Assembly: GCF_988242995.1 (NCBI RefSeq)
Contig: NZ_OZ547043.1
Reading direction: 5' to 3' (one strand)
Length of the DNA: 64,000 nucleotides
Of this stretch, positions 23,949 to 41,815 are shown in pieces (positions within the stretch are counted from its first letter, which is position 1; the number at the start of each line of letters is the position of its first letter). Below the pieces are notes generated by a model that saw nothing but the letters and a program-made list of their open reading frames with translations, ran no database searches and had not been told where the DNA came from. Made by a program: the position numbers and the translations under genes.

Positions 23949-24230
23949 ATATGGTTAACTAATCTCGGATTTTTCGTCTTATCCCTGTCGGGTTATGCCT
24001 TTAGGCTTGTTGCCATAGCGACACCGACCTGACCGCGCCAGGCGCAGGCTTCAAGGTTTTAATGCATAGCATCATCGCTACCACTAACCAGAATGGAAGC
24101 GTCTGTAAGACGGTTGATAAATAAATTTGCTGGCAAACCCTACACGAAGTCGATGCTTCTGTCTTTAGGAGAAGCACGGAAAGTGAAAACGGTTGCAATC
24201 AGGTGCTTAATCCATGAGCCAGCGTGCTGA

Positions 24231-28413
<4,183 letters not shown>

Positions 28414-28423
28414 AAACGTAGTT

Positions 28424-28521
28424 GCCTGATGCGCTACGCTTATCAGGCCTACATCGCTCCTGCAACGTGTTGATTTTGCAAGATTTTGTAGGTCGGATAA
28501 GGCGTTCACGCCACATCTGGC
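28424..28521. repeat. Two REP elements (BIME-like) after opgH
   Basis: GCCTGATGCGCTACGCTTATCAGGC and GTAGGTCGGATAAGGCGTTCACGCCACATCTGGC. Confidence 0.6.
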
Positions 28522-28543
28522 AAAAACAACGAGCCAATAAAAA

Positions 28544-28569
28544 TACCGGCGTTATGCCGGTATTTTTTT
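28544..28569 (+). terminator. Rho-independent terminator upstream of yceK
   Basis: ACCGGC GTTA TGCCGGT hairpin followed by T7. Confidence 0.6.
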
Positions 28570-28585
28570 ACGGAAGAGGTATCAA

Positions 28586-28813
28586 ATGCGTTTAATTGTG
28601 GTGAGCATCATGGTGACCTTGCTGAGTGGCTGTGGCAGCATTATTAGTCGCACTATACCGGGGCAGGGGCATGGCAACCAATATTATCCCGGTGTGCAAT
28701 GGGATGTGCGTGACTCCGCCTGGCGTTATGTCACAATCCTTGATCTGCCATTCTCCCTGGTTTTTGATACTTTACTGCTGCCGATCGACATTCATCATGG
28801 CCCGTATGAGTAA
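28586..28813 (+). CDS. yceK: YceK lipoprotein
   Basis: 75 aa, lipobox LSGC. Confidence 0.9.
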   Translation: MRLIVVSIMVTLLSGCGSIISRTIPGQGHGNQYYPGVQWDVRDSAWRYVTILDLPFSLVFDTLLLPIDIHHGPYE

Positions 28814-29188
28814 TTAACGTTCATCCCACTCATCAGCTGCTGCGCGTCCTTCCTCGGTATCCAGCGGTGGCTCAAGCTGAAATTCCCCCTCGTCCCATTC
28901 ATGTAATGTATTCTCTTCCTGCCACTCCTGGCGGATCTCTATCTCATCATAGTCGCCATCAAAGACACTTTGCGCGGCTTCACCGCTAAGCATAGGTAAA
29001 CATTCACCTTCTTCCCCTTCGTCGGCAAAAAACTCAACTTGCCACATGATGTCGCCGTCCTGCAAAACGTATTTTTGGGCATTGAACTGTTGCACATTCG
29101 CATCTTCGGCGTCGATGCCGGGGTTGTCTGCAAGAAATTCTTCGCGTGCAGCGTCAATGGCTTCTTCAAGCGTTGCGTACATGGTCAT
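28814..29188 (-). CDS. msyB: MsyB acidic protein
   Basis: 124 aa, extremely D/E-rich. Confidence 0.92.
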   Translation of the reverse strand: MTMYATLEEAIDAAREEFLADNPGIDAEDANVQQFNAQKYVLQDGDIMWQVEFFADEGEEGECLPMLSGEAAQSVFDGDYDEIEIRQEWQEENTLHEWDEGEFQLEPPLDTEEGRAAADEWDER

Positions 29189-29270
29189 CACGATTCTCCC
29201 TTTGAGTTGATGAGGTTTCAGGGAAAAGGATAGCTGATTCTCCGCTTTTGCAAGTATGAAAGGCGAAAAA

Positions 29271-30497
29271 TCAGTTCGATACCTGGGGTATTCGACGACG
29301 ACGTAGACTGTTCCATGAATAGGCTGCGTTGAATAACACTACGCCAGCGGTGACGAGAAATACCGCTCTGAAACCGTAGTTCGCTGAAATCGCGGCTCCC
29401 ATCAATGGTCCGGTAACGTTTCCAATATCACGAAACGACTGGTTATAGCTGAAGATACGCCCGGCTATTTGGTTGCTCGAGTTGTAAACCAACAGTGTCT
29501 GTACGGCGGGGAGTAGTGCACCATCGGCGGCACCGAGCAAAAAACGTAAAATCCCAAGTTGTAATGGCGTCTGAACGTATGACATTGGGATCAACAGCAG
29601 TACAGAAAAGATCAGCGCCGTAATCAGGATCTTTTCGGGGCCGATTCGATCGCCAAGTTTGCCGAGTCGTGGTGCACTCAGCAGAGCCGCCACGCCTGGC
29701 ACCGAGGCGATCATGCCACTGATAAAGGCGACGTTACTGACGTTACCCGCCAGTTCGCGGACATACAGCGTCAGAATGGGGGCAATTGAGCCCGTCGCCA
29801 CCTGGATGATTAACGTAGTGACAAACAGGCTGAGTACCAGTTTCGGGTTTTTAAGTGATGTCACCACTTCCCGCATGTGCAGCATCTCTTTTTTGCTGAC
29901 CGGCTGGAATTTTTCTCTGATGCAAAACAGGGTGACGAAAAAGCAGAGTATGAGCACACTGGCGGTAATAAAGAATACCGGACGTAAGCCGTAGCTATCG
30001 GCGAGCAGGCCGCCAGCCATTGGGCCGAGCAACGCACCACTAACGCCGCCTGTGGAGAGCGTACCCAGCGCCCAGCCGCTTTTATTACGCGGTACTTGTG
30101 TGGCGATAAGAGCATTAGCGTTGGGGACAAATCCGCCAAGTAACCCAAGAAGCGCCCGTAGGATCAAAAACTGCCAGATATTTTGTGCCAGCCCCATCAA
30201 CACCATCACGATGCCCATGCCGAGGGCAGAGCGTAATAGCATGAGTTTGCGGCCTTTACGGTCGGCGAGTCCACCCCAAAACGGTGAGGCGATGGCCGAA
30301 AATAAAAATGTAATGCTGAAGACAATACCGGACCACATATTCAAGGCGGAGTGGCCCGTAACGCCAAGCTGCTCAACGTAGAGGGGTAAGAAGGGCATTA
30401 CCAGGCTGAAGGCGGCACCCGTAAGAAAACAGCCTAGCCAGGCGACGATCAGGTTTCGTTTCCAGTTTATAGGGGTGTCATTTTCACAGGGTGACAT
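29271..30497 (-). CDS. mdtG: MdtG MFS multidrug efflux transporter
   Basis: 408 aa, 12-TM MFS. Confidence 0.95.
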   Translation of the reverse strand: MSPCENDTPINWKRNLIVAWLGCFLTGAAFSLVMPFLPLYVEQLGVTGHSALNMWSGIVFSITFLFSAIASPFWGGLADRKGRKLMLLRSALGMGIVMVLMGLAQNIWQFLILRALLGLLGGFVPNANALIATQVPRNKSGWALGTLSTGGVSGALLGPMAGGLLADSYGLRPVFFITASVLILCFFVTLFCIREKFQPVSKKEMLHMREVVTSLKNPKLVLSLFVTTLIIQVATGSIAPILTLYVRELAGNVSNVAFISGMIASVPGVAALLSAPRLGKLGDRIGPEKILITALIFSVLLLIPMSYVQTPLQLGILRFLLGAADGALLPAVQTLLVYNSSNQIAGRIFSYNQSFRDIGNVTGPLMGAAISANYGFRAVFLVTAGVVLFNAAYSWNSLRRRRIPQVSN

Positions 30498-30630
30498 AGC
30501 AATCCGCTGTTGGTGCGCCAGGCGCGGTGAACATAAGAAGAAAAGATAAGCACACTAATTATGCGCCCGACTTCCAGGGGGCGCAATCCAGAGAGCTTTT
30601 ATCGCTAAATCAGGGGGATTTGCTGTGGTA

Positions 30631-30661
30631 ATGCCGGATACCCTTCTGAAGCATCCGGCAT
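30631..30661. terminator. Palindromic hairpin between mdtG start and lpxL stop (likely lpxL terminator)
   Basis: ATGCCGGAT..ATCCGGCAT inverted repeat. Confidence 0.5.
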
Positions 30662-30668
30662 GGGAGAT

Positions 30669-31589
30669 TTAATAGCGTGAAGGAACGCCTTCCGGGCGTG
30701 TTTTAAAGCGACGGTGTAACCACATATACTGCTCTGGTGCCATCATGATGCATTTTTCGACCACTTTGTTCATCCACGCGGCGGTGGTTTCGGCATCATC
30801 CAGCGGCGGAGAACACTCTGGCGGCAGCATAATCAACTGATACCCTTTGCCATCTGGCTTACGGCGTGGAACGAAGGGCACCAGACATGCGCCGGACATC
30901 CGTGCCAGCATCCAGGTTCCGGTCGTGGTCGCAGCCTGCTCAACGGCAAACAACGGGACGAAAACGCTTGAGCGCGGGCCGTAATCATGATCCGGTGCGT
31001 ACCAGACCACTTCGCCTTTTTTCAGGGCTTTAATCATGCCTTTTAAATCTTTGCGGTCGAGCATCGATTTATTTGAGCGCAAACGGCCCCAGGTTTGTAG
31101 CCAGTCAATCAGTGGATTATCGTTCGGGCGGTAAACGCCAATCCCCGGTTCCTGCATACCAAACTGCCGCGCACCCAGCTCCAGTGTCAGAAAATGGATG
31201 CCAACTAACAGGATGCCGCGTTTTTGCGCCTGCACGTCACGAATGTGTTCCATGCCGATCACTTCCGTCCAGCGGGCGATTCTGCGGTCCGGCCAGAACC
31301 ACGCCATGCCAGTTTCCATCAGTCCCATGCCAACGGATTCGAAATTCTTCACCACCATTTTACGGCGTTCTTGTTCGCTCATTTCCGGGAAGCACAGTTC
31401 CAGGTTGCGATGCACAATTTTTGCGCGTCGTTTCATAAAACGTAACGCAAGTTTTCCTAATCCACAACCGAGGCGGTAGATAACCGGGTAGGGCAATTGC
31501 ACGACTAACCAAAGTACGCCAATACCCAACCAGGTTAACCAATAACGCGGATGAAGTAGTGCGGTGGAGAACTTGGGTAGATTCGTCAT
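30669..31589 (-). CDS. lpxL: LpxL lipid A lauroyl acyltransferase
   Basis: 306 aa from ATG at 31587-31589 ([17 protein letters not shown]); ORF track begins upstream. Confidence 0.95.
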
Positions 31590-31813
31590 ATCAATCCTGT
31601 TTTTCAACCTATACGGGCAATTGTATGTATTGTCGCATTTTTTCGCCCGCAACCAAAATTTGTGGCTGAAGACTGGGCGAAATTGCCGCGCTTGTAAATA
31701 ACAAATAATTTTTAATGCGCAAATGTAGCGTAAAATGTGTGGATGTTAATTATCGATAATTGCTATATCATGCCGCGGATTTTTACTTTCCCATCTCGCA
31801 GGAACCGTACACC

Positions 31814-32866
31814 ATGCCAGTGTTACACAACCGCATTTCCAACGACGCGTTAAAAGCCAAAATGTTGGCTGAGAGCGAACCGCGAACCACCATTTCGTTT
31901 TATAAGTATTTCCACATCGCCGATCCTAAGGCGACCCGTGACGCTTTATATCAGCTGTTTACCGCGCTGAATGTTTTTGGGCGAGTGTATCTGGCGCATG
32001 AGGGTGTTAACGCGCAAATCAGCGTACCTGCGAGCAATGTTGAAACATTTCGCGCACAGCTCTATGCCTTCGACCCGGCTTTAGAGGGCTTACGCCTGAA
32101 TATCGCGTTGGATGATGACGGGAAATCCTTCTGGGTTCTGCGCATGAAGGTACGCGATCGCATTGTTGCCGACGGTATTGACGATCCTCACTTTGATGCC
32201 AGCAATGTGGGTGAGTATCTGCAAGCGGCGGAAGTGAACGCCATGCTTGACGATCCCGATGCATTGTTTATCGACATGCGTAACCACTATGAGTATGAAG
32301 TGGGGCACTTTGAAAACGCGCTGGAAATTCCGGCAGATACCTTCCGTGAGCAGCTGCCAAAAGCAGTCGAGATGATGCAGGCACATAAAGATAAAAAAAT
32401 CGTTATGTACTGCACCGGTGGCATTCGTTGTGAAAAGGCCAGTGCCTGGATGAAACATAACGGATTCAATAAAGTCTGGCATATCGAGGGCGGAATTATT
32501 GAATACGCCCGCAAGGCGCGCGAGCAGGGTTTACCGGTACGTTTTATTGGCAAAAATTTTGTTTTTGACGAGCGGATGGGCGAACGTATATCTGATGAGA
32601 TTATCGCGCATTGCCACCAGTGCGGTGCGCCGTGCGACAGCCATACCAACTGTAAAAATGATGGCTGCCACCTGCTGTTTATTCAGTGTCCAGTATGTGC
32701 GGAAAAATACAAAGGTTGTTGTAGTGAGATTTGCTGCGAAGAAAGCGCGTTACCGCCTGAAGAACAGCGACGCCGTCGGGCAGGACGTGAAAATGGCAAT
32801 AAGATCTTTAATAAGTCTCGTGGACGTCTGAATACAACACTGGGCATTCCTGATCCAACAGAATAA
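31814..32866 (+). CDS. trhO: TrhO (YceA) rhodanese-domain tRNA uridine hydroxylase
   Basis: 350 aa from ATG 31814 ([16 protein letters not shown]); C-terminal Cys-rich tail. Confidence 0.93.
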   Translation: MPVLHNRISNDALKAKMLAESEPRTTISFYKYFHIADPKATRDALYQLFTALNVFGRVYLAHEGVNAQISVPASNVETFRAQLYAFDPALEGLRLNIALDDDGKSFWVLRMKVRDRIVADGIDDPHFDASNVGEYLQAAEVNAMLDDPDALFIDMRNHYEYEVGHFENALEIPADTFREQLPKAVEMMQAHKDKKIVMYCTGGIRCEKASAWMKHNGFNKVWHIEGGIIEYARKAREQGLPVRFIGKNFVFDERMGERISDEIIAHCHQCGAPCDSHTNCKNDGCHLLFIQCPVCAEKYKGCCSEICCEESALPPEEQRRRRAGRENGNKIFNKSRGRLNTTLGIPDPTE

Positions 32867-32872
32867 ATATCA

Positions 32873-32897
32873 TTGCCGGATGCGTGTCATCCGGCAA
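32873..32897. terminator. Bidirectional hairpin between convergent trhO and yceI
   Basis: TTGCCGGATG CGTGT CATCCGGCAA. Confidence 0.55.
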
Positions 32898-32907
32898 CAT
32901 TTCACTC

Positions 32908-33483
32908 TTACTTCTGCTGTACGCCTTCCACTGAAATAATCAGATCCACTTCCTGAGAAGCTGGACCTAAATCTGTTTTGATATTGAAGTCCTTGAGCTT
33001 AATTTTGCCTTCGGCCTCGAAGCCTGCACGTTTACCACCCCACGGGTCGTCGCCTTGACCAATTAATTTCGCTTCCAGCGTGACGGGTTTGGTTACGCCA
33101 TTCAGCGTCAGATCGCCGGTAATATCCAGTTCGTCACCGTCTTTCTTCACGCTGGTGGAGGTGAATGTTGCCTGTGGATATTTTGCGGTATTGAGGAAAT
33201 CTGCACTGCGAAGATGTTTATCGCGTTCGGCGTGATTAGTATCGACGCTGGTGGTGTTAATTGTCACATTCACTTTATCGGCAGCTGGATTTTTTTCATC
33301 AAAGGTAAAAGTACCGTCGAAATCTTTAAAGGTGCCATATAACCAGCTATAGCCAAGATGCTGGATGCGGAAGTTAACAAAGGCGTGCTGACCTTCTTTG
33401 TCAATTTTGTAATCGGCGGCAACCGCTGAACCGGCAGAGAACATCAGGGAAGCGAAGGTTAAACCAAGCAGGCTTTTTTTCAT
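32908..33483 (-). CDS. yceI: YceI periplasmic polyisoprenoid-binding protein
   Basis: 191 aa with signal peptide. Confidence 0.95.
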
Positions 33484-33486
33484 TTT

Positions 33487-34053
33487 TTATACTCCATAGT
33501 CAGATGACGACTTTCCCAGCATGCGCTTCAGAGTGTCGTCTTTATCGATGAAATGATGCTTCAGGGCCATAAATCCATGCATAACGGACAGTACTACGAC
33601 GCTCCACGCGAGCCAAAAATGCAGGGCACCGGCAAAGTCAGCCTGTGCGCCAGCGTCGGCGAGGGTCGCGGGGACGTCAAACCAGCCAAAAACGCTGATC
33701 GGTTTACCATCGGCAGTTGAGATCAGATAGCCGCTGATGCCGATGGCGAACAGCAATAAGTACAATGCGAGATGTCCAGCCTTTGCGCCAAGACGAGTCA
33801 TGGGCGAATAACTCTGCAGCGGACCCGGCGGTGGAGATATGACGCGCCACAGAACGCGAATAACCAGCCCCATCATTAACAAAATGCCGATGCTTTTATG
33901 CACTTCGGGTGCTTTGTGATACCAGCCATCGTAATAACTGAGCGTGACCATCCACAGACCTAAAGCAAACATGCCGTAGACAATAATTGCGCTTAGCCAA
34001 TGGAAGGCCGCAGATATAACACCATAGCGTTCAGGGGTATTTGTGAATGACAT
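33487..34053 (-). CDS. yceJ: YceJ cytochrome b561 family protein
   Basis: 188 aa from ATG at 34051-34053 (MSFTNTPERYGVISAAFHW). Confidence 0.9.
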   Translation of the reverse strand: MSFTNTPERYGVISAAFHWLSAIIVYGMFALGLWMVTLSYYDGWYHKAPEVHKSIGILLMMGLVIRVLWRVISPPPGPLQSYSPMTRLGAKAGHLALYLLLFAIGISGYLISTADGKPISVFGWFDVPATLADAGAQADFAGALHFWLAWSVVVLSVMHGFMALKHHFIDKDDTLKRMLGKSSSDYGV

Positions 34054-34313
34054 AAGTGCATCCAAAACGAATTTGCGAGAGAAAGAAAATGGCGTGTCGG
34101 AGAATGAAATGCAACACAAAAATAACAAATTGAATGATATTTATTTTTATTTCAATAATTTTGAATTAATAATGAAAGAATCTTCATAAGTTTAGTGGAT
34201 TCAGCATTTGGAAGGTCTGGTGAGTGCTGTAGAGGCAGGAAGAATCTCATTCAATTTTTCACGCTAAATGAAAGGGAGATTAAATATTTGTCAGTTTATG
34301 TCAGTACGGAAAA

Positions 34314-34427
34314 CTAAAAATAAAACACATAGATCAGATCCATAATTGCCAACAATCCCCAGAGAAAAAGATAAAGCATCAGATGCTCGCGAATATTATT
34401 GATGAGATAGTGCAACAGCCGACGCAT
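34314..34427 (-). CDS. yceO: YceO small membrane protein
   Basis: 37-aa frame [37 protein letters not shown], below ORF-track cutoff, found by reading; recalled K-12 length is longer, so the 3' end may differ. Confidence 0.5.
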
Positions 34428-34474
34428 TAAATACTCCTGTAAAAACGGCCTCATTCTGGAGGCCGTAATGATGA

Positions 34475-35593
34475 TTATTGGAAGCGGGAAAGCCTGAATG
34501 GCGTCAAATCAAAATCGCTTTTTTTGTCTTGCGCAAAATCGGCAGCTATTTCCCCTAAAACTGACGCAAATTTAAAACCGTGCCCACTCAGGCCGGTAAT
34601 GAGCAGTGTATTATCGTGGCCGGGTAGGGTATCGATAATAAAATCTTCGTCAGGCGAATTATCATAGGTGCAGGCAGCGCCGTACAGGCAGCAACCGATA
34701 CCCGGCAATACATTGCGCAAGAACGGGAAGGCTTCCGAACCATCGCTGACCACTTCCGCAAACGGAACACGTTCATCCGCTGAATGGATAACCTGGCCTC
34801 CGTTATGTTTGCCAATCTTCAACGCGTCGTTTTCTGCCGGAAAACCATAATATTGATCGCCATTGGGCAGTTCACCGGTAAACGCCGGGAATTTATTCTT
34901 CACGCTATAGCGACCATCGGCCTGATACCAGGCAAATACTTTGCGTATGGGCTGGACAGGCAGCTCCGGGAGCAGGTCTTTTACCCATGTTCCCGCGCAG
35001 ACAATCGCTTTTTTCGCCTGATAATAACCGTCAGCCGTTTCAATAGTTACGCCATCATCGTCATGACGAATTGCGGTGACCGGGCAGTTGAACAGCTGCG
35101 CACAGCCCGCTTCCTTCGCCAGTTGGATCCAGGTTTTAATCGCCAGTTCGCTGCGCAAAAAACCGGAATCAGTCTCAAATAAGCCGATGTAGTTGTCCGG
35201 GACGCGTATTTCTGGCCAGCGGGCCATAATCCCTTGCGCATCGAGCTTTTCAACGTTGAGTTGCCATTGTTTGGCGCTGTGGGCGACGTTGGCGAGAAAT
35301 GTGGAATCAGCCGGGCCAAGGTTAATGACGCCAGAGCGTACAAAAATGGGATCTTCTTCGTTGTGGCGGGAGAGTTCATCCCACAGCGTTTGCGCGCGGA
35401 GAACCAGTGGGACATACTTTTCGCCTTCACCATAAGCATGGCGAATTAATCGCGTATCGCCGTGGTGGCTGCCGTGTTGATGCGGTGGCATATGGGCGTC
35501 GGTCATAAGCACGTTTAAACCGGCGCGGGTTGCATAATACCCGGCGGCAGCGCCTACGGAACCGCTGCCAATAATGATGAGATCGTATTTCAT
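34475..35593 (-). CDS. solA: SolA N-methyl-L-tryptophan oxidase
   Basis: 372 aa, N-terminal GSGSVG FAD-binding motif. Confidence 0.95.
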
Positions 35594-35707
35594 TTTTTTC
35601 TCTCTGCTCTCATGGTTTAAGCAGAGTAATTAACTGAATGCAGATATACAACCCAGAAATGGTAAAGGCACCGGTGAGGTGCCTTTTGGGTGGATGGTCA
35701 TGTCATG

Positions 35708-35962
35708 TTAATGACGCCGATACTCGTTTACCGGGAAATCACCGGATTCAATTTTGGCGATTCCTGCTTCTAATATCGAAATAAATTGTCTGGCAACATC
35801 AGTGGTTAACCAGAGCGTCTGACCAACTTCAGTCCCTTCCTGCTCGGACTTATTTGGGGTCTGGTAGTGCAAACGCAACATCAGCGCATCATAGCTATCA
35901 ACGGTGCTGATGTCCCACCCTACGAGCGGATGAGTCTGAATGACTTCATTATTTTTTTCCAT
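35708..35962 (-). CDS. bssS: BssS biofilm regulator
   Basis: 84 aa MEKNNEVIQTHPLVGWD. Confidence 0.92.
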   Translation of the reverse strand: MEKNNEVIQTHPLVGWDISTVDSYDALMLRLHYQTPNKSEQEGTEVGQTLWLTTDVARQFISILEAGIAKIESGDFPVNEYRRH

Positions 35963-36214
35963 CATGGCCCCCTAATTCGTGTTACTAGACAACGTTATTC
36001 GAGGTTCAATGCGTTTTTATCTGAAGCAACTTCAGTATACCAATAAGTAAGGGTATTCACCGAATTTTTAAAGGGGGGAACAGATAAATTTTTGCTTTTA
36101 AGATTTATATGAACAATAAAACAGCATGTCATTCATATTTTTTTAGCATATTGTGCAATTATTTTGAGGAAGTGTAGAAATTTTGTACTCGAAATTTGTA
36201 AGTAAAATAAAAAA

Positions 36215-36230
36215 GCCGGGGCGACCCGGC
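36215..36230 (-). terminator. dinI terminator hairpin
   Basis: GCCGGGGCGACCCGGC flanked by A/T runs immediately after dinI stop. Confidence 0.55.
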
Positions 36231-36251
36231 AAAAACAAAAATCACTGCATA

Positions 36252-36497
36252 TTATTCGCTGACAAACCAGTCATCGGCGCTTTCCCACGTTTCCTGGAGA
36301 ATTTCGCTAATGCGCTGTTTATCTTCTTTTGTCGCGCCAATAACCGATAAATTATTCGCTGCGGCATAACGTACCGATACGTGGCCTTCATTATCAGGAA
36401 ACGCATACTGAATACGGCGGGAAAGTTCGCCAGCCAGGGCGTCAATAGCCCCAGCTGGCAATGGAGAAGTTTTCGCTATGGTGACTTCAATTCGCAT
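36252..36497 (-). CDS. dinI: DinI DNA-damage-inducible protein
   Basis: 81 aa MRIEVTIAKTSPLPAG; ORF track gives a longer frame starting upstream. Confidence 0.93.
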   Translation of the reverse strand: MRIEVTIAKTSPLPAGAIDALAGELSRRIQYAFPDNEGHVSVRYAAANNLSVIGATKEDKQRISEILQETWESADDWFVSE

Positions 36498-36518
36498 AAT
36501 AGCCCCCTGTTGAATATA

Positions 36519-36534
36519 CTGGTTATTTATACAG
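36519..36534 (-). promoter_or_regulatory. LexA (SOS) box of dinI
   Basis: Minus-strand CTGTATAAATAACCAG fits CTGT-N8-ACAG consensus, about 20 nt upstream of dinI ATG. Confidence 0.8.
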
Positions 36535-36570
36535 GTAAAATAACCTAATGACAACAGGAAGCTACGATTT

Positions 36571-37617
36571 TTATTGTTTAACGGACCAGCGTACCGTTTC
36601 CCCAGCGAGGAATGGCACCAGGGTGTCATCAGTCAGTGCGATGCTTTCAGCAACCTGTTGCTCTTCACGTACCAGTTCGATGAATGTGTCGTTGACCGGC
36701 AACCCGTAGAACTGCGGGCCGTTTACAGAACAGAATGCTTCAAAGTGCGGCAGAGCATTCATCTCTTCAAAGACGGTAGCGTAACTGCCCAGCGCGGTTG
36801 GGGCGTTGAAGCAGCCCGCGCAGCCGCAGCTGCTCTCTTTGCGATGACGTGCATGCGGCGCAGAATCCGTACCGAGGAATACGCGATTAAAACCGCTGGC
36901 GACCAGTTCACGCAATGCCTGTTGGTGAATATTGCGTTTGAGGATGGGTAGACAATACAGATGTGGACGCACGCCACCAACCAGCATATGGTTGCGGTTA
37001 AACATCAGATGCTGCGGAGTGATGGTGGCAGCCAGCCGTTCATTTCCGTTACGGACATAGTCGGCAGCATCTTTGGTGGTGATGTGCTCAAAAACGACTT
37101 TCAGCGCAGTCAGGCGCTGGCGCAGCGGTTCCATCACGCTTTCAATAAAGCGCGCTTCACGATCAAAAATGTCGATATCTGCATGTGTCACTTCACCATG
37201 CACCAGTAACGGCATACCGATTTTTTCCATGCGCTCAAGTACCGGCATGATTGCGTCAACTGACGTCACGCCGTGACTGGAGTTAGTAGTTGCGTTTGCC
37301 GGGTAAAGTTTTGCAGCGGTGAACACGCCTTCGTTAAATCCACGCTCAAGCTCATTAGGGTCTAGTGAATCTGTCAAATAACAGGTCATCAGCGGGGTGA
37401 AATCGTGCCCGGCAGGTACGGCGTCAAGAATACGCTGGCGATACGCCACGGCAGCCTCAACGGTGGTCACGGGCGGAGCCAGATTGGGCATTACGATAGC
37501 CCGTCCATAAATTTCGCTGGTATACGGCACGACAGTTTTTAACATGTCGCCATCGCGGAGGTGAAGGTGCCAGTCGTCTGGGCGGCGGATCTTTAATACC
37601 TGGGATGGTGCAGTCAT
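36571..37617 (-). CDS. pyrC: PyrC dihydroorotase
   Basis: 348 aa, HxH zinc motif near N-terminus. Confidence 0.97.
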   Translation of the reverse strand: MTAPSQVLKIRRPDDWHLHLRDGDMLKTVVPYTSEIYGRAIVMPNLAPPVTTVEAAVAYRQRILDAVPAGHDFTPLMTCYLTDSLDPNELERGFNEGVFTAAKLYPANATTNSSHGVTSVDAIMPVLERMEKIGMPLLVHGEVTHADIDIFDREARFIESVMEPLRQRLTALKVVFEHITTKDAADYVRNGNERLAATITPQHLMFNRNHMLVGGVRPHLYCLPILKRNIHQQALRELVASGFNRVFLGTDSAPHARHRKESSCGCAGCFNAPTALGSYATVFEEMNALPHFEAFCSVNGPQFYGLPVNDTFIELVREEQQVAESIALTDDTLVPFLAGETVRWSVKQ

Positions 37618-37668
37618 TAATCTCTATGCTCCGGCTGAAGGGATGTTTTTGCCGGACACAAAGGATAA

Positions 37669-37684
37669 GCGGAAACGTTTTCCT
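37669..37684 (-). promoter_or_regulatory. PurR-box-like operator in pyrC promoter
   Basis: GCGGAAACGTTTTCCT resembles PurR consensus ACGCAAACGTTTTCNT. Confidence 0.6.
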
Positions 37685-37700
37685 TTGCACGAAAAATAAA

Positions 37701-37716
37701 GGGCGCGAATGCGCCC
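37701..37716 (-). terminator. yceB terminator hairpin
   Basis: GGGCGC GAAT GCGCCC followed by T-rich run on minus strand. Confidence 0.6.
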
Positions 37717-37722
37717 TCGTGA

Positions 37723-38283
37723 TTAATCAGTAAACGGAATGACAATTTCGCCTGGCTTCACTTCAATGCCTTTCGCCAGTTTCTTCGCCATTGCTTCGCC
37801 CTGGCTGCCATCTTCGCGCAGGACGTAAGCAGGTTGCTGGTTAAAGTAATTGCGTAATGCCTGGTTCAGATAGGGAAGCAACGTTTGCATCACCGTTTGC
37901 ATTTTTTCCGGTTGTACCGTCGCATCGACCACTTCCATCTCTTTCAGGAAGATCGCGCCTTTTTCTTTATCAAACACGGGCAGCGCTTTCAGCTTCAGTT
38001 TCATGGTCGCTTTCTGGCTACCGAACAGGGAGTTCATGTCCAGATTGGCGTCTCCGGTTAGGGTAACCTTATTCGGCTCTTCGCGACCAATTTGGCTGGT
38101 CAGGTTTGTCAGAACAATATGGGCATCAGCCACGCCGGGTAAACCGATATCTTTTGAGAAATTATTATGTTTCGCAAGCGACTGGTTAATTTCTTGTTCG
38201 GTGATGGTGTATTGGGTGAGTTGATTACAGCCAACGAGCAGGCCACTGACGATCAATGCAGCGGCAAATAAAAACTTGTTCAT
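37723..38283 (-). CDS. yceB: YceB lipoprotein (DUF1439)
   Basis: 186 aa from ATG at 38281-38283 (MNKFLFAAALIVSGLLVGC). Confidence 0.9.
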   Translation of the reverse strand: MNKFLFAAALIVSGLLVGCNQLTQYTITEQEINQSLAKHNNFSKDIGLPGVADAHIVLTNLTSQIGREEPNKVTLTGDANLDMNSLFGSQKATMKLKLKALPVFDKEKGAIFLKEMEVVDATVQPEKMQTVMQTLLPYLNQALRNYFNQQPAYVLREDGSQGEAMAKKLAKGIEVKPGEIVIPFTD

Positions 38284-38416
38284 GGTAGTCCTCGACATGA
38301 AATCTGCGTCAATATCCTGACACAACGCAGCATGTGTCACCAGCGATAAACGCGCCAGCAGAAAAAACTGAAAACGGCGGCAACCCGCGAATACAGGCTG
38401 CCGCGGCGGGTCAGGA

Positions 38417-39064
38417 TTAAATCGCCATTGATGATAACAAATTGATTTGTGTCTGTTTCGCCATATTATCGCGGTAATCAGCAACGCGGCTTGGCCAGTT
38501 GATTCCGGCTACCAGCGTCAGATTACGCAGTAGCGGAAATAGCTGAATATCATCTTCCGAAAGTTCGCCATTCACGGCGTTCGGTTTGACGATCAGTTTG
38601 TCCAGCGCACGTAAATCATCGCTGATATTCTTAATCAGACCGTCAGAGTGGGCCAGCAGGTCGGCAAAATTACCCGCGCTGGCCTCTTTCTTGTCGACGA
38701 AATATTTGCGCGCGGCAGGAGTAGAAAACTCATCAAATGCCGATTTGGCAAAACGCGGCAACAGCAGTTTGTTGGCGTAGCCATTGACCTTGCGCAGCCA
38801 CTCTTCAATGGCAGGGGAACGTTTGCCGGTCAGTAACGGTTTGCCGTCGAGTTTATCGACATAGTGAACGATGTCCATGCTTTCTGGCATATAGCGGCTG
38901 TCATCTTTTTGCAGAATGGGAACCTGTTTTTGACCGACCATCCGGGTGGGTGTTTCTGCGTCGTCGTTGAGCAGAACATGTAATTCGACGGGGATATTTT
39001 TCAGGCCGAAAATCATGCGGGCTTTGAGGCAGTAAGGGCAGTGATCGTAAATGTATAGCTTCAC
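38417..39064 (-). CDS. grxB: GrxB glutaredoxin 2
   Basis: 215 aa, CPYC active site. Confidence 0.95.
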   Translation of the reverse strand: MKLYIYDHCPYCLKARMIFGLKNIPVELHVLLNDDAETPTRMVGQKQVPILQKDDSRYMPESMDIVHYVDKLDGKPLLTGKRSPAIEEWLRKVNGYANKLLLPRFAKSAFDEFSTPAARKYFVDKKEASAGNFADLLAHSDGLIKNISDDLRALDKLIVKPNAVNGELSEDDIQLFPLLRNLTLVAGINWPSRVADYRDNMAKQTQINLLSSMAI

Positions 39065-39127
39065 GTGACTCCTCCATTTGGCTGTCAGTTCACTTTCAGT
39101 ATGGAGGAGTCAGGGGGGAGTATCAAA

Positions 39128-40336
39128 TCAGGCGTCGCGTTCCAGCAAACGACGCGCGGCGCGTTTCTGGCTAAACTGCCAACCCAGCGCAAGGAAAGTG
39201 AAGATGCCAACAATACCCAGCATCATCCACGGAAGCTCTGGCTGGTGCGCCGATTTGCCCAGGTCAAACAGCCAGCCGCCACCGATATAACCAATAGCGC
39301 CGCCAATCGCCAGACCCAGACGGCTAAACCCCATATAGCTGCCGCGAGCTCTTGCGTCTGCCAGCGAAGCACTTAAGGTTTCACGCGCAGGCTCGGCAAT
39401 GATCGACCCGATATAAAACAGACAAATCAGGGTGAAAAGTTGTTGCAGACCGCTGACCATGCCCACCGGCATCATGCTTAATGACATTATCAACAGCCCA
39501 GCCATCAACCGGTGTTCCAGACGAAAATGCTTTTCACTCCAGCGGGCGATAGGATAGAGCAACGTTAACGACAGACACGCTTCAATGGCATACATCCATT
39601 TAACGGCAGAGGGCGCGCCAGCCACGTCGTTGACCATAATTGGCAGCATCAGCATCACTTGTACAGCCAGCATGTAGTAACCCGCCAGCGTCAGGACATA
39701 GGTGACAAAACGCTTGTCGCGCATCACGCGGGTCATGCCTTCGCGAACGGGCGTGCGTACAGTGGAGAGCTTCCATGCCGGTAACAACCACGCATTGAAC
39801 GCTGCACACAGCACAAACAAAACTGCCCCTGTGGCGCAGACCAGGCGAAAGTCGTATTGCAACAGCCAGCTCCCCAACAATGCGCCAATGACCGCACCGG
39901 CACTGTCCTGCATCATCAACAGCGAGAAAAAACGACCACGCTGCTGTGGACGGATTAATTTCACCACCAGCGCCGAACGCGGCGGATCAAACAACGTGCC
40001 GCCGAGTCCCGAAAGCAGGCATGAAAACCACAGTAGCCACGGTTCGTGGGCGATACCCATTGTGGCGAATCCGGCGGCACGCATCAGCATACCGGTAACA
40101 ATCATCGGTTTGGCACCAAAGCGGTCGGCAATTGCTCCGCCGAAAATACCCAGACCTTGCTGAATAAACTGGCGTAGGCCGAGGGCAATACCGACCATGA
40201 CGGCGGCCCAGCCCATTTGATCAACGAAGCGGATAGAGATCAGCGGGAAGACAACAAAGAACCCCAGCACGACCAGCATATTATCGATGAGCAGGAAATA
40301 TTTACCCAGGTTCCTGGCCTGCGACACGCGGGACAT
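39128..40336 (-). CDS. mdtH: MdtH MFS transporter
   Basis: 402 aa from ATG at 40334-40336 ([14 protein letters not shown]). Confidence 0.93.
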   Translation of the reverse strand: MSRVSQARNLGKYFLLIDNMLVVLGFFVVFPLISIRFVDQMGWAAVMVGIALGLRQFIQQGLGIFGGAIADRFGAKPMIVTGMLMRAAGFATMGIAHEPWLLWFSCLLSGLGGTLFDPPRSALVVKLIRPQQRGRFFSLLMMQDSAGAVIGALLGSWLLQYDFRLVCATGAVLFVLCAAFNAWLLPAWKLSTVRTPVREGMTRVMRDKRFVTYVLTLAGYYMLAVQVMLMLPIMVNDVAGAPSAVKWMYAIEACLSLTLLYPIARWSEKHFRLEHRLMAGLLIMSLSMMPVGMVSGLQQLFTLICLFYIGSIIAEPARETLSASLADARARGSYMGFSRLGLAIGGAIGYIGGGWLFDLGKSAHQPELPWMMLGIVGIFTFLALGWQFSQKRAARRLLERDA

Positions 40337-40571
40337 TTCCCCTCCCGGGAAATAAAAGATGAGCACTTTCTATTCTGCATTGCCGCTAAGACTTTTCCCA
40401 TCACTTCGGGGACAATATTTTTTTATCAAAACGTCGCTTTGATAGAGAGTTTTTATCAAATATGTGAATAATGCAGAAAATGGCATTCTGGACTTTTCAC
40501 AGGGTCTGGTTGCGCAGGTATAGTAATACTTACAGCGTATTAAAGACGTTACGGGAAGGAGTAGGTATAGA

Positions 40572-41814
<1,243 letters not shown>

Positions 41815-41815
41815 A